A stretch of DNA of 64,000 bases from an uncultured Gammaproteobacteria bacterium (lineage in GTDB: Bacteria > Patescibacteriota > Microgenomatia > Levybacterales > GWA1-39-11): the NCBI GenBank assembly GCA_964450885.1, contig CAYVFE010000001.1:310572-374571 (forward strand), written 5' to 3'. The translations under genes were made by a program, and so were the position numbers. The notes beneath the pieces are model-generated. The model was given only the letters and a program-made list of their open reading frames with translations, did not search any database and was not told where the DNA came from. Positions 1-9,100 of this stretch are shown piece by piece. Each line of letters begins with the position of its first letter. Within the stretch, counting starts at the first letter, position 1.

Positions 1-570
1 AGAGAATCCAGATATCTTCTCAGTATCACCCCCGGTGAATTAGAGCGATTTATTGAGCGCGGAGAAAAAGCTCTGAGCGGATTCTATGATGAAAAGGCAG
101 CGCATTGGACAAGAGACGTAGAGTCGGAGCTTGATATAAAAGGAGTCAGGATAAATGACGATTTATTTCTAAATGGAAAGATAGATATGGTAGAACCTCT
201 AGAAAAATCGGGAAAAGTTGCGGTTATAGATTTCAAGACTGGCAGTGTTAAGTCAAGAAATGTGATAGAGGGAAAAACAAAGGATAGTCTCGGAAATTAT
301 AAAAGACAGCTCGTCTTTTATAAGATACTTCTTGATAGATACAGAAATGGATTCTTCAAGATGGTAAATGGTGTCATAGAATTTGTCGAACCAAATGAAA
401 GTGGCACATATAAGAGAGAGGTATTTGATATATCAGATGACGAGACGAAAGAGCTACTGGAAAAGACAATTATAGTAAGCCGCGAGATTATAAACCTTTC
501 TTTTTGGAAAAGTAAATGTGATGATAAAAAGTGTAAATACTGCCATCTCCGTGACTATATAGCCTCATAA
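1..570 (+). CDS. 3' part of a PD-(D/E)XK nuclease domain protein, probably a UvrD/AdnAB-like helicase-nuclease; 5' truncated by the window edge
   Basis: Frame is open from position 1; GKID...VIDFKTG...QLVFY RecB-family nuclease motifs; C-terminal CxxxxCxxC. Confidence 0.75.
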   Translation, partial: RESRYLLSITPGELERFIERGEKALSGFYDEKAAHWTRDVESELDIKGVRINDDLFLNGKIDMVEPLEKSGKVAVIDFKTGSVKSRNVIEGKTKDSLGNYKRQLVFYKILLDRYRNGFFKMVNGVIEFVEPNESGTYKREVFDISDDETKELLEKTIIVSREIINLSFWKSKCDDKKCKYCHLRDYIAS

Positions 571-579
571 TGGTATAAT
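551..579 (+). promoter_or_regulatory. sigma70-type promoter, probably leaderless
   Basis: GTGACT-17 nt-TATAAT with extended TG; ATG at 586 lies 6 nt downstream. Confidence 0.55.
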
Positions 580-585
580 GGTCTT

Positions 586-1320
586 ATGGCAGAGAACGAT
601 ACTCCTTTTAAAATTCAATTCCTAAAAAAAGAAAAGCTGACAAAAGACACTTATTCTTTTTATTTCAAAAGAGATAAAAAATCGCGCGATTTTATAGCAG
701 GCCAGTATTTCGAGATAAAGCTTAGGATAAAAAATCCAGATGAGCGGGGAGACTCACGCGTCTTTACATGCTGCTCCAGCCCTACAGAAAAAGACCACTA
801 TATGATAACAACACGCATCATCGAAAGTACATTTAAGATAGAGCTTGGCAAATTGAAAAAAGGTGACATCGTGCAGTTTAACGGTCCGTGGGACGATTTG
901 AATTTTGATGAATCAGAGGAGTTGCCACAAGTGTTTTTCGCGGGTGGGATAGGGATTACGCCATTTCACTCGATAGTAAAATACGCGATCGATAAAAAGC
1001 TCGAGCTTCCTATGACGCTTTTTGTCTCGTGGTCTTCCATGGAAGAAATGATATTTGATGACTTTTTTAAAGATGCCGAAAAAAAACTAAAAGACTTCCG
1101 TTATATCCCTACGATAACTCACGCGCAGGACATAAAAGAATGGAAAGGCGAGACAGGACGCATCAGTGAGCGTTTGGTAAAAAAGTACATAAAAAAAGTC
1201 AGGAATAATAAGTTCCGTATCGCAGGGCCTCCGGGACTTGTGAAAGCTATGAAGGAGCTTTGCGTGCAGATGAATGTTCCGAAAGAAAACATAATAGCCG
1301 AAGAATTCGAAGGATATTAG
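586..1320 (+). CDS. FAD/NAD(P)-binding oxidoreductase (ferredoxin reductase-like family)
   Basis: GQYF, RVFTCCSSP, AGGIGITPF, AGPPGLV and C-terminal EEF motifs. Confidence 0.85.
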   Translation: MAENDTPFKIQFLKKEKLTKDTYSFYFKRDKKSRDFIAGQYFEIKLRIKNPDERGDSRVFTCCSSPTEKDHYMITTRIIESTFKIELGKLKKGDIVQFNGPWDDLNFDESEELPQVFFAGGIGITPFHSIVKYAIDKKLELPMTLFVSWSSMEEMIFDDFFKDAEKKLKDFRYIPTITHAQDIKEWKGETGRISERLVKKYIKKVRNNKFRIAGPPGLVKAMKELCVQMNVPKENIIAEEFEGY

Positions 1321-1713
1321 ATGAAAGATGAACATTTTGAAAAACTCATCAATGATGGGATCGAGTCTATCCCGAAAGAATTTCTAGAAAAGCTTGAAAA
1401 CGTAGCGATAGTAATAGAAGACGAGCCAACATACGCACAGAGAGTAAAGCTCAGACTAAGACGCGGGATAACTCTTTTCGGTCTTTATGAAGGAGTATCG
1501 CTACTGCGTCGAGGTATGGGATACTCAGGAGTGCTACCCGATAAAATTACGATTTTTAAAAATCCTATCCTGAGATATGCGCGTGATGAGGATGACCTAC
1601 GAGAGATGGTAAGAAATACGGTTTGGCATGAGATAGCGCATCATTTTGGTATGAATGAGCACGAGGTGCGTCGAGCCGAAATGAGAAGGAGAAACTCCCG
1701 GACCAGTGAATAG
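1321..1713 (+). CDS. zincin-like metallopeptidase (Zincin_1 family)
   Basis: LFGLYEG, PDKITIF, HEIAHHFG. Confidence 0.85.
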   Translation: MKDEHFEKLINDGIESIPKEFLEKLENVAIVIEDEPTYAQRVKLRLRRGITLFGLYEGVSLLRRGMGYSGVLPDKITIFKNPILRYARDEDDLREMVRNTVWHEIAHHFGMNEHEVRRAEMRRRNSRTSE

Positions 1714-1822
1714 ACAACAATAATTATCTCCGGATTTACACCTGCTTTGTGACTTTTATTACAAATAGTTTGTGACATTTCATACATACAATAATCCCCT
1801 CAAATTGTAAGATAACTACACT

Positions 1823-1912
1823 ATGAAATTGATCGCAGGACTTTTAAAAAGCATATTCAAAATACCTGTGATAGGAGACTTTTATATAGTCTTGGGAGGA
1901 GGTCTAAGATGA
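1823..1912 (+). CDS. putative 29-aa amphipathic peptide, not in the ORF track
   Basis: Hand translation MKLIAGLLKSIFKIPVIGDFYIVLGGGLR*; stop overlaps the next ATG (ATGA). Confidence 0.4.
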   Translation: MKLIAGLLKSIFKIPVIGDFYIVLGGGLR

Positions 1913-2073
1913 GAGTAGAAATAGTTCCAATAAGTTTTAGAAGATTAAGGCAAAGTAGTGTAGGTAGCTACAAAGATTATCTGGATGAGTTGATAGGTAT
2001 GAAGTTGAGAGATTTGGATAGGGTAAAAGATACGATGAGCCCTCGACGAACTTTAAGAAGAGCAATCACTTAA
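1909..2073 (+). CDS. putative 54-aa basic hypothetical protein, not in the ORF track
   Basis: MRVEIVPISFRRLRQSSVGSYKDYLDELIGMKLRDLDRVKDTMSPRRTLRRAIT*; GGAGGAGG Shine-Dalgarno upstream. Confidence 0.5.
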   Translation: MRVEIVPISFRRLRQSSVGSYKDYLDELIGMKLRDLDRVKDTMSPRRTLRRAIT

Positions 2074-2161
2074 TTTATCCGACTTCACAAGGTTCGCTTT
2101 CGAGGGGTAGGACTCTCGAGAAATGTCAAAAAATATCAGAGTGTGATAATATACGAGTCAC

Positions 2162-2437
2162 ATGAGTGCAGAGCGTATAGTTCCATGCCAGTTCAATCCA
2201 CTAATAGACTGTGAGGCGCAGTGTACGCTATATAGTAAAGGGTCTCAATTCGTGAGTGAATTTAGTGAAGGATTTGAAATTCCAGAAAGCGCAGTAGCTG
2301 AAAAATTAAGAGCTCAATTTTCGATGCTTGATCCCAGGGAGCAAGACAAACTGATCAAGGGTAAAATAACTATCCTGGGGGAGAAGCAAATTGATCAGGC
2401 AAGCTGCATGAAATTCGATCCGCCACAGAGTAAGTAA
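2162..2437 (+). CDS. hypothetical protein with N-terminal Cys cluster
   Basis: 91-aa ORF filling the intergenic space; CQFNPLIDCEAQC. Confidence 0.6.
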   Translation: MSAERIVPCQFNPLIDCEAQCTLYSKGSQFVSEFSEGFEIPESAVAEKLRAQFSMLDPREQDKLIKGKITILGEKQIDQASCMKFDPPQSK

Positions 2438-2559
2438 AGTCTCGTCACCATTCAGCCTCAAAAAAGTATTAATATACATATGTTCTCCTATTTTCAAGAG
2501 CATGAGAATGAGATTTGATAATGGAAAACATCATCGCTGAAGAATTCGAGGGACACTAG

Positions 2560-2946
2560 TTATCTAATATACAGATACACTTTATTCTTCAATGCTTTAC
2601 ATTTCAAGCTAGGGAAAGGATAATAGTTGAGTAGTATTCTAGTCCCCATCTTCAATTCTTTGCTTAACTTTTCCTCCAGCTCCTGCATTACGTCTGGCAT
2701 GGGGTATATCACTGTTATGTCGTAGGGTGAAAGATCTACATCCCAGAAATTCTTATTATGTATCTTGATTTTTTTATCGAGTCTTTCTATCTTGATAAGC
2801 TCTCTGGATTCCTTAATTCGTTCTTCATCTAATTCGAATCCATCTACTAGAGCCCCGGATTTGGCAAAAGCTATTGCTATGCGTCCGTCGCCGCTTCCCA
2901 GATCTGCTACTTTTTCACCTTCTTTTACTTTTGAGAGTTCTATCAT
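2560..2946 (-). CDS. small class I SAM-dependent methyltransferase
   Basis: DLGSGDGRI motif I, GFE, YDITVIY; frame stays open ~24 codons upstream without a canonical start. Confidence 0.85.
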   Translation of the reverse strand: MIELSKVKEGEKVADLGSGDGRIAIAFAKSGALVDGFELDEERIKESRELIKIERLDKKIKIHNKNFWDVDLSPYDITVIYPMPDVMQELEEKLSKELKMGTRILLNYYPFPSLKCKALKNKVYLYIR

Positions 2947-3005
2947 AGTTTTTACTCTGTACCGCGAAGTTTTAAAATAAGGAATTAGTGGAATTTTATT
3001 AATAT

Positions 3006-4118
3006 TTACTTTAGCCTTTCAGAAATTATATTTACAAGCTTATCTATTCCATCACCGTTTTTTGCGCTGATGAAAGTTGGACTGAATCTGCTATATGCAG
3101 ATCTGATTTTTTCAATATCGAAATCTTTTGCATTCTCAATCTTGTTAAAGATATATAGTACTCTCCGCCTTTTTATTTTTAGATCCGCAAAAATTTGTTC
3201 TACTGTATATATTTTTTCGTCCTTGCGTGGGTCAGAGCTGTCTACAACGTGTAGGACTAAATCGCTATGAATTGACTCCAGAAGAGTGGATTTAAATGTG
3301 TTTATGAGTTGTGGAGGTAGGTCTTTTATAAATCCTATCGTGTCAGAGATATAGACTTCTTTTTGCAGAGGTTTTAGGTAAAACTTATTTACCGTACTGT
3401 CTAGGGTTGCGAAAAGCGCGTCTTCAACGAGATCGCTCTGCCCGGATAGCTTATTAAAAAGTGTGGTCTTTCCTGCATTTGTGTATCCGACCAGAGATAG
3501 GGTTTTCAATCCACCCTTTTTTCTATGATCTATCTGCTCCTGTTTTCTCTTAGACAGCGCATTGAGTTCATCTTGAATCCTCCCCTTTTCATTTCTCCAG
3601 TGCCGAAGCATCAGCTCAGTATTACTTTCCCCTGATCCCTTTGCGCCGATTCCTGCTGCTTGGTTAGACATCTCCATTCCCATACCATAAATCCTAGGTC
3701 CCATTTGTCTGAGCTTTGCAAATTTTATCTGGAGTTTTGCTTCAGCGGTTTTTGCATGCTTGCTAAATATTTCCAGAATCAGACTAACTCTATCCCATAC
3801 GATGATTTGTGGATTCGCTTTTTCGAATGCGAGTTTTAGTTCATGTACCTGTCCAGGTTTTATCGAGATATTTATGACTACTATATCTATCCTTTCTTTT
3901 TCTATTAGATCTATGACTTCTTCCACTTTACCGTGACCGATAAAAGTTCTTCTGTCACCACGGGTGCTGTTTTGAACTACTGCAGAAAATACTTTTCCTC
4001 CGTATGTATTAACTAAAGATTCTACTTCCTCAAATTCGGAAACAATGTCCTCGTTATCCTCTCCAGGATAGGACAATCCGATAAGCATAACTCTGGGAAC
4101 AACGGGTGGAATATACAT
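3006..4118 (-). CDS. hflX: ribosome-splitting GTPase HflX
   Basis: GYTNAGKTTL, LFATLD, DTIGFI, NKIE; N-terminal GKVEE/LEIF..HAKT. Confidence 0.95.
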   Translation of the reverse strand: MYIPPVVPRVMLIGLSYPGEDNEDIVSEFEEVESLVNTYGGKVFSAVVQNSTRGDRRTFIGHGKVEEVIDLIEKERIDIVVINISIKPGQVHELKLAFEKANPQIIVWDRVSLILEIFSKHAKTAEAKLQIKFAKLRQMGPRIYGMGMEMSNQAAGIGAKGSGESNTELMLRHWRNEKGRIQDELNALSKRKQEQIDHRKKGGLKTLSLVGYTNAGKTTLFNKLSGQSDLVEDALFATLDSTVNKFYLKPLQKEVYISDTIGFIKDLPPQLINTFKSTLLESIHSDLVLHVVDSSDPRKDEKIYTVEQIFADLKIKRRRVLYIFNKIENAKDFDIEKIRSAYSRFSPTFISAKNGDGIDKLVNIISERLK

Positions 4119-4224
4119 TCAGCTACATTATAACTTATGCACTCATAAGAACGCTCAGAAGCAAAATATAAACTCCGAAGAGTTCGAAGGTTACTAGATT
4201 GTTTTGTGGGAGTATAATGTAATT

Positions 4225-4626
4225 ATGAGAAAAGGTTATCATTCAAATATAGAGATTCTAACTGACGGAAACGAAAGTTTTAGAAAAGTCCTTTATACTG
4301 CAAAAAATTGCCAGCTAGTTCTGATGAGTCTCAATCCGTTAGAGGAGATAGGCATGGAAGTACATGATGATGGTGATCAATTCTTTAGGTTTGAAAGCGG
4401 CGAGGGTAAAGTCACTATTGATGATGCGGAATATAAAGTGAAAGATGGTGATGCAGTCATAGTGCCTGCAGGAAGCAGGCACAATGTAGTAAATATTTCA
4501 GAGACCGAGAAGTTAAAGCTTTATACAATTTATACTCCACCTCACCATAAGGACGGGATAGAAAGAGTTACGAAAGAGGAAGCCGAGAAAGACGGCCCGG
4601 AATTTGACGGAACGACTACTGAATAA
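4225..4626 (+). CDS. cupin domain protein; start moved from 4204 to ATG 4225
   Basis: IGMEVH...DQFF...VPAGSRHNV cupin motifs; TATAAT 6 nt before ATG 4225. Confidence 0.9.
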   Translation: MRKGYHSNIEILTDGNESFRKVLYTAKNCQLVLMSLNPLEEIGMEVHDDGDQFFRFESGEGKVTIDDAEYKVKDGDAVIVPAGSRHNVVNISETEKLKLYTIYTPPHHKDGIERVTKEEAEKDGPEFDGTTTE

Positions 4627-4635
4627 CCCCAGCCT

Positions 4636-4665
4636 CCCTCCGGCACTAAAGTTTTGGCGGGCAGG
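4636..4665 (+). repeat. 30-nt REP-like palindromic element
   Basis: CCCTCC-GGCACTAAAGTTTT-GGCGGG-CAGG; 21/27 identical to the minus-strand copy at 14169-14198. Confidence 0.7.
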
Positions 4666-4672
4666 CAAAATA

Positions 4673-4701
4673 TCGCATTGAGGGTCACTAAGTGGTAGAA
4701 T
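4673..4701 (+). promoter_or_regulatory. sigma70-type leaderless promoter
   Basis: TCGCAT-17 nt-TAGAAT with extended TG; ATG 6 nt downstream. Confidence 0.55.
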
Positions 4702-4707
4702 TTTTGC

Positions 4708-6075
4708 ATGACAAGCGTGGAATCATCAGAAGGTCAGTTAGCTTCTCCCGACCCGCTTAAAGAAGTCAAAAAAGAAGCAGCGAAAATCATAGGACTAGGT
4801 AGTGAAAGAAATCTTCAGGTATATATAACGATTTCCGGAGCTTTGCATGAAGGAATTCCTTCTATAGATCTTCTGGGAGAAATTGAGAGATCAGACATAT
4901 TGTCTTTGGAGCTTCCTTCAAATGTAGTTAGAGCCTTTGTGCAAGGGACCGAGACAAGAATTGATGATAATCCGTTTTGGGGAACTTCTATCGAAAATTC
5001 AAATTCAGCCGTGGGGGTAAATAATAATCGTGGTGCAGTAAATGGAATTAGGATTCTTGACGATAGGGTGCGTGAGGGGCAGACGATTCCACAAAATGTT
5101 CCCGATGTTGCAATAGGGGCAGCTAATATAAAGTATGGAAAAGGAAAAGACCTGGAGAGAGTTGAGATTTCCGAAAGTACGCTAATAGAAAATCTGAGAA
5201 AACAGCAAGAAGGTTTTGATGATATTTTTCCTGCAAAAACGATGGTGATGCAAGATGGCAAAGAATATTACATCCATATTAATAGACCAGTTGAAAATGA
5301 AGCATCGGCGCTTTTAATTACAGGGGGTTATATGCTCCCGACACAGTACATGATGGAGCGTGGTGAAGATATTTTTGGGGAAGAGACAGGTGGTATTACC
5401 GGAATTGAACTTTGTCAATTTGCGTTAAGTCATTTAATAAGAATGCAGGTCGATAAAGTTCAGGTAGAAGGTATGTTAAAAGACCTAAGAAAGAAGATGA
5501 GTAAGTATGAAACTGGTTCAAATATCAGACTAGTACACCTAGGCGGAGCAGCACACAATCCTAATATTCTGGGTATTTTAGATGAAGTTTTTGGTGAGCA
5601 AGAGGAAGTTAGGATAAATGAATTACATGATGAAAGAATGCCTGAGCCGGCTCTAGATAAGCTCACTTTTTTCGGTAGATTTATTCCAGCTCGGGACGCA
5701 CTAGAATGCGCGTCAGTAGTTGAGGATCAGGTTGTTGTAGATGTAGGCAAAACTGATGCTTTACTGCAAAAATTGGCATCAGAGCATGCAGATAAGCTTT
5801 TAGACTTTGCTAAAAGGGAAAAACTAGCACGGGACTTTGAGGATACTCTGCCTGAGTGTGATAACAGTGGTCAGGTAGAATATTTTGCTGTGCGAAGCTT
5901 GTTGTCTTTAGTTACTCCGGATGAAGTTGAAGGATCAGCATTACCTGATACTTCATATCCTTCTATGCTAGCGGAATACATAATTGAAAAGTATCCTGAT
6001 AAAAAAGACAGGGTAGAAAAAGTAACTGCGCAATATAATGATCGCAGATTTAATTTCCCACCCAGAAGACAATAG
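4708..6075 (+). CDS. hypothetical protein, possibly TraB/Tiki/ChaN-like fold
   Basis: 455-aa ORF; GALHE...DILSLE...HLGGAAH pattern (weak). Confidence 0.6.
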   Translation: MTSVESSEGQLASPDPLKEVKKEAAKIIGLGSERNLQVYITISGALHEGIPSIDLLGEIERSDILSLELPSNVVRAFVQGTETRIDDNPFWGTSIENSNSAVGVNNNRGAVNGIRILDDRVREGQTIPQNVPDVAIGAANIKYGKGKDLERVEISESTLIENLRKQQEGFDDIFPAKTMVMQDGKEYYIHINRPVENEASALLITGGYMLPTQYMMERGEDIFGEETGGITGIELCQFALSHLIRMQVDKVQVEGMLKDLRKKMSKYETGSNIRLVHLGGAAHNPNILGILDEVFGEQEEVRINELHDERMPEPALDKLTFFGRFIPARDALECASVVEDQVVVDVGKTDALLQKLASEHADKLLDFAKREKLARDFEDTLPECDNSGQVEYFAVRSLLSLVTPDEVEGSALPDTSYPSMLAEYIIEKYPDKKDRVEKVTAQYNDRRFNFPPRRQ

Positions 6076-6095
6076 CACCCGCAGCCTCAAAACCC

Positions 6096-6124
6096 TCGCA
6101 TTTGAGTTCAGGAAGTGTTAAAAT
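6096..6124 (+). promoter_or_regulatory. sigma70-type leaderless promoter for the helicase
   Basis: TCGCAT-17 nt-TAAAAT with extended TG; ATG 6130 lies 5 nt downstream. Confidence 0.55.
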
Positions 6125-6129
6125 CTGGT

Positions 6130-9100
6130 ATGAGTAACTTTATTACGAATAATGGAAATTCAGATCTTAAGCATCGCTTGGTAGAATTGATTAAGAAAAG
6201 TGACGAATTAAAGTTTCTTGTGGGCTTTTTCTATTTTTCAGGAATCAGGGAGCTATATGAAGGACTGAAGTCAAACCCAGATACTGTTATCAAGGTTCTG
6301 GTCGGCTTGAATATAGACAAAGCAGTGTTTGGATTAGTTGAGACTGAGAGTGAAGAAGAATCATCTGATGAAGAAAAAATATATAAGTTTATTGAATCTA
6401 TTAAAAAATCTCTTAATACTGAAGAATTTGATACGGAGGAATTTTACGAACAAGTACGTTTCTTCATCGAGCTTATCCAAAAAGATAAGCTAATCATTCG
6501 TAAAACTTACAACCCAAACCATTCAAAGCTTTATTTATTCAAATTAGAAGAGAATCAGGCTGTAAAAGAATTATTTATAACGGGCAGTAGCAACTTAACG
6601 AGGGCAGGACTTACCACTCAAAATGAGTTCAATGTGGAGATTAGTAGTTATGGCTTTGAAGATGCCGAGAAGTATTTTAATGACCTCTGGGATGAGGCCG
6701 TAAAGATTACAGAATTTCAAGAAATCAAAACAAAATTAGTTCAAATCATTGAAAAAGAAACTTTAATAAAAGATGTTACACCTTTTGAGGCTTTTTGTCT
6801 GGTTTTGAAAACCTATCTGGATACTTTTGAAGAAAAAGAAATAGGTGAGACATTAATAAAAACACTTGAAGAAAATGGGTATACACCATATCAGTACCAA
6901 TTAGATGCCGTTAAGCAGGCGCTGGCTACTATTGAAAAGAACAATGGTGTAATCGTGGCAGACGTTGTAGGACTTGGAAAAACAGTTATTGCTTGTGCAA
7001 TATCAAAACAAATTAACAAACGTGGCATTGTCATTTGCCCCCCAGGACTCATGGGTGATAGAGATGGAGGTTCGGGATGGGGAAAATATCTTGAAGAATT
7101 TGGACTTGATAATTGGAAGGTGTGGTCGCGCGGGGACCTAAAGATGGCTTTGAATTTTGTAAATAATGCAAAAGATATAGAAGTAGTTATTGTAGATGAA
7201 GCTCATTGGTTTAGAAATCAGGATACTGAAAACTACGAATTGCTTAAGAATATCTGTCGAGAAAAAAAGGTCATACTGCTTACAGCAACCCCATTCAATA
7301 ATCGTCCAGGAGATATTCTTGCACTACTAAAGCTCTTTATAACACCTAAGAAATCTACAATAACTCTTGAAAGCAACTTGGTCGATCAATTTAAAGCTTT
7401 TAAAGGAATGTTTGATCGACTCGGCTATATAAGAAAATATAAAAATTCTCTAAATGAATCGAAGAGATTAAAAGCTCATGCCTATTATAGATCTATATTC
7501 GAGGAAGACATCGTTGACCTGGAAAAAGTTAAACAAAAAGCTGGTTATCTTGCCAAACAAATAAGAAACGTTATAGAACCGGTGACGATAAGACGGAATA
7601 GATTAGATCTACAAAATCATCCTGTTTACAATAGTGAAGCAGATAATCTTTCAAAGGTTGATGATCCGAAGGAGTGGTTTTTTAAATTAACAAAAGAACA
7701 GTCGGAATTTTATTCAGAAATTCTCGAAGAATATTTTGGCGATCCAAATGAAGGAGGTAGATTCAAGGGTGCAATTTATCGACCTTTTGAGTACGAAAAA
7801 GGACTCAAATCGTTAAGTACAAATGAGGCTGAAGAAAAATTAAACCAAGATGATAATAGAGCCTTCCAACAACAGAGAAACTTATTCGACTTTATGAGGC
7901 GATTATTAGTTAAACGTTTTGAGAGTTCGTTTGGTTCATTTGAACAAAGCATAAAGAATTTTAAACAGATTACTCTAAGATGCCAGGAATTTGTCAACAC
8001 AACAGGTGAATACATACTTGATCGTTCACTGCTTGAAAAAATTTACGAGCTTGAGGCTGAAGAGATAGAAAAATATTTGTTAGAGTATGAAGAAAAAATA
8101 ACGAATGGTGAATATCCTAAAACTCACAAACGTTATAGAATCAAAGACTTCAAGAACAAGGAAGAGTTTATCCTAGACATTAAAAGCGACATTGACCTTT
8201 TTACAGAAATATTGGACAAATTAGCAAAATTAGAATTGGTGAAATATGACCCAAAAACAGAATGCCTACTGGAGAATTTACATGAGGAGTTCTCCAAAAA
8301 ACCTAATGGTGATGAACCCAAAAGAAAAATTATTATCTTTAGCGAATATGTAGATACCGTTCGATACCTTGAGGAGACACTAAAACAACACTATGGTAAT
8401 CGAATGCTTGTAGTGGCTGGAGATCTACCTAACTCAAAAATTGCCAAACTAAATAAAAACTTTGATGCCTCACATTCAGATCAGGATGATGAATTTGATC
8501 TTCTTTTGACTTCAGACAAAATTTCTGAGGGTTTTAACCTCAATCGTGCTGGAATGGTGGTAAATTATGATATTCCTTGGAATCCAGTGAGAGTAATACA
8601 GAGACTGGGACGAATCAATCGTATTAGTAAGAAAGTGTTTGAAAATCTGAATATTGTAAACTTCTTCCCTACAGAAAAAGGAGCAGAATTAGTAAAATCT
8701 AGAGAAATAGCGGCAAATAAAATGTTTCTTATACATTCAGCTCTTGGGGAAGACTCAAAGATTTTTGATTCAGACGAAGAACCAACCCCCGCAAGACTTT
8801 TTAGTAAAGTTCAACAAAATCCCGACGAACTTGAAGAGGAAAGTTTCTATACAAAAGCATATAAGGAGTATATGAAAATTACCAAAGATAATCCTGAGTT
8901 ATTCGAGAATCTCAAGAATTACCCCCCCCGCATAAAAGTTGCTAAAAACGGAAAGGAAAATGAGCTTTTGGTCTTTTTCACTAAAGGAAGATTGTATGTG
9001 AGCGGAACACAAACAGATCAGGAAAATATAAATCCATATTATCTGGTATTCGAAGATGTATTTGAGAAGATTATTTGTACGCCGAATGAAGAATCTCTGG

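Noticed and set aside
1-570. Cas4
   Set aside because: The nuclease motifs and Cys tail are shared with AddB/AdnAB-type helicase-nucleases; the ORF extends beyond the window and has no CRISPR context
4134-4186. Small palindromes CTTATG-CACT-CATAAG and AACTC-CGAA-GAGTT in the hflX/cupin divergent region
   Set aside because: Stems of 5-6 bp are expected by chance and do not recur elsewhere in the window
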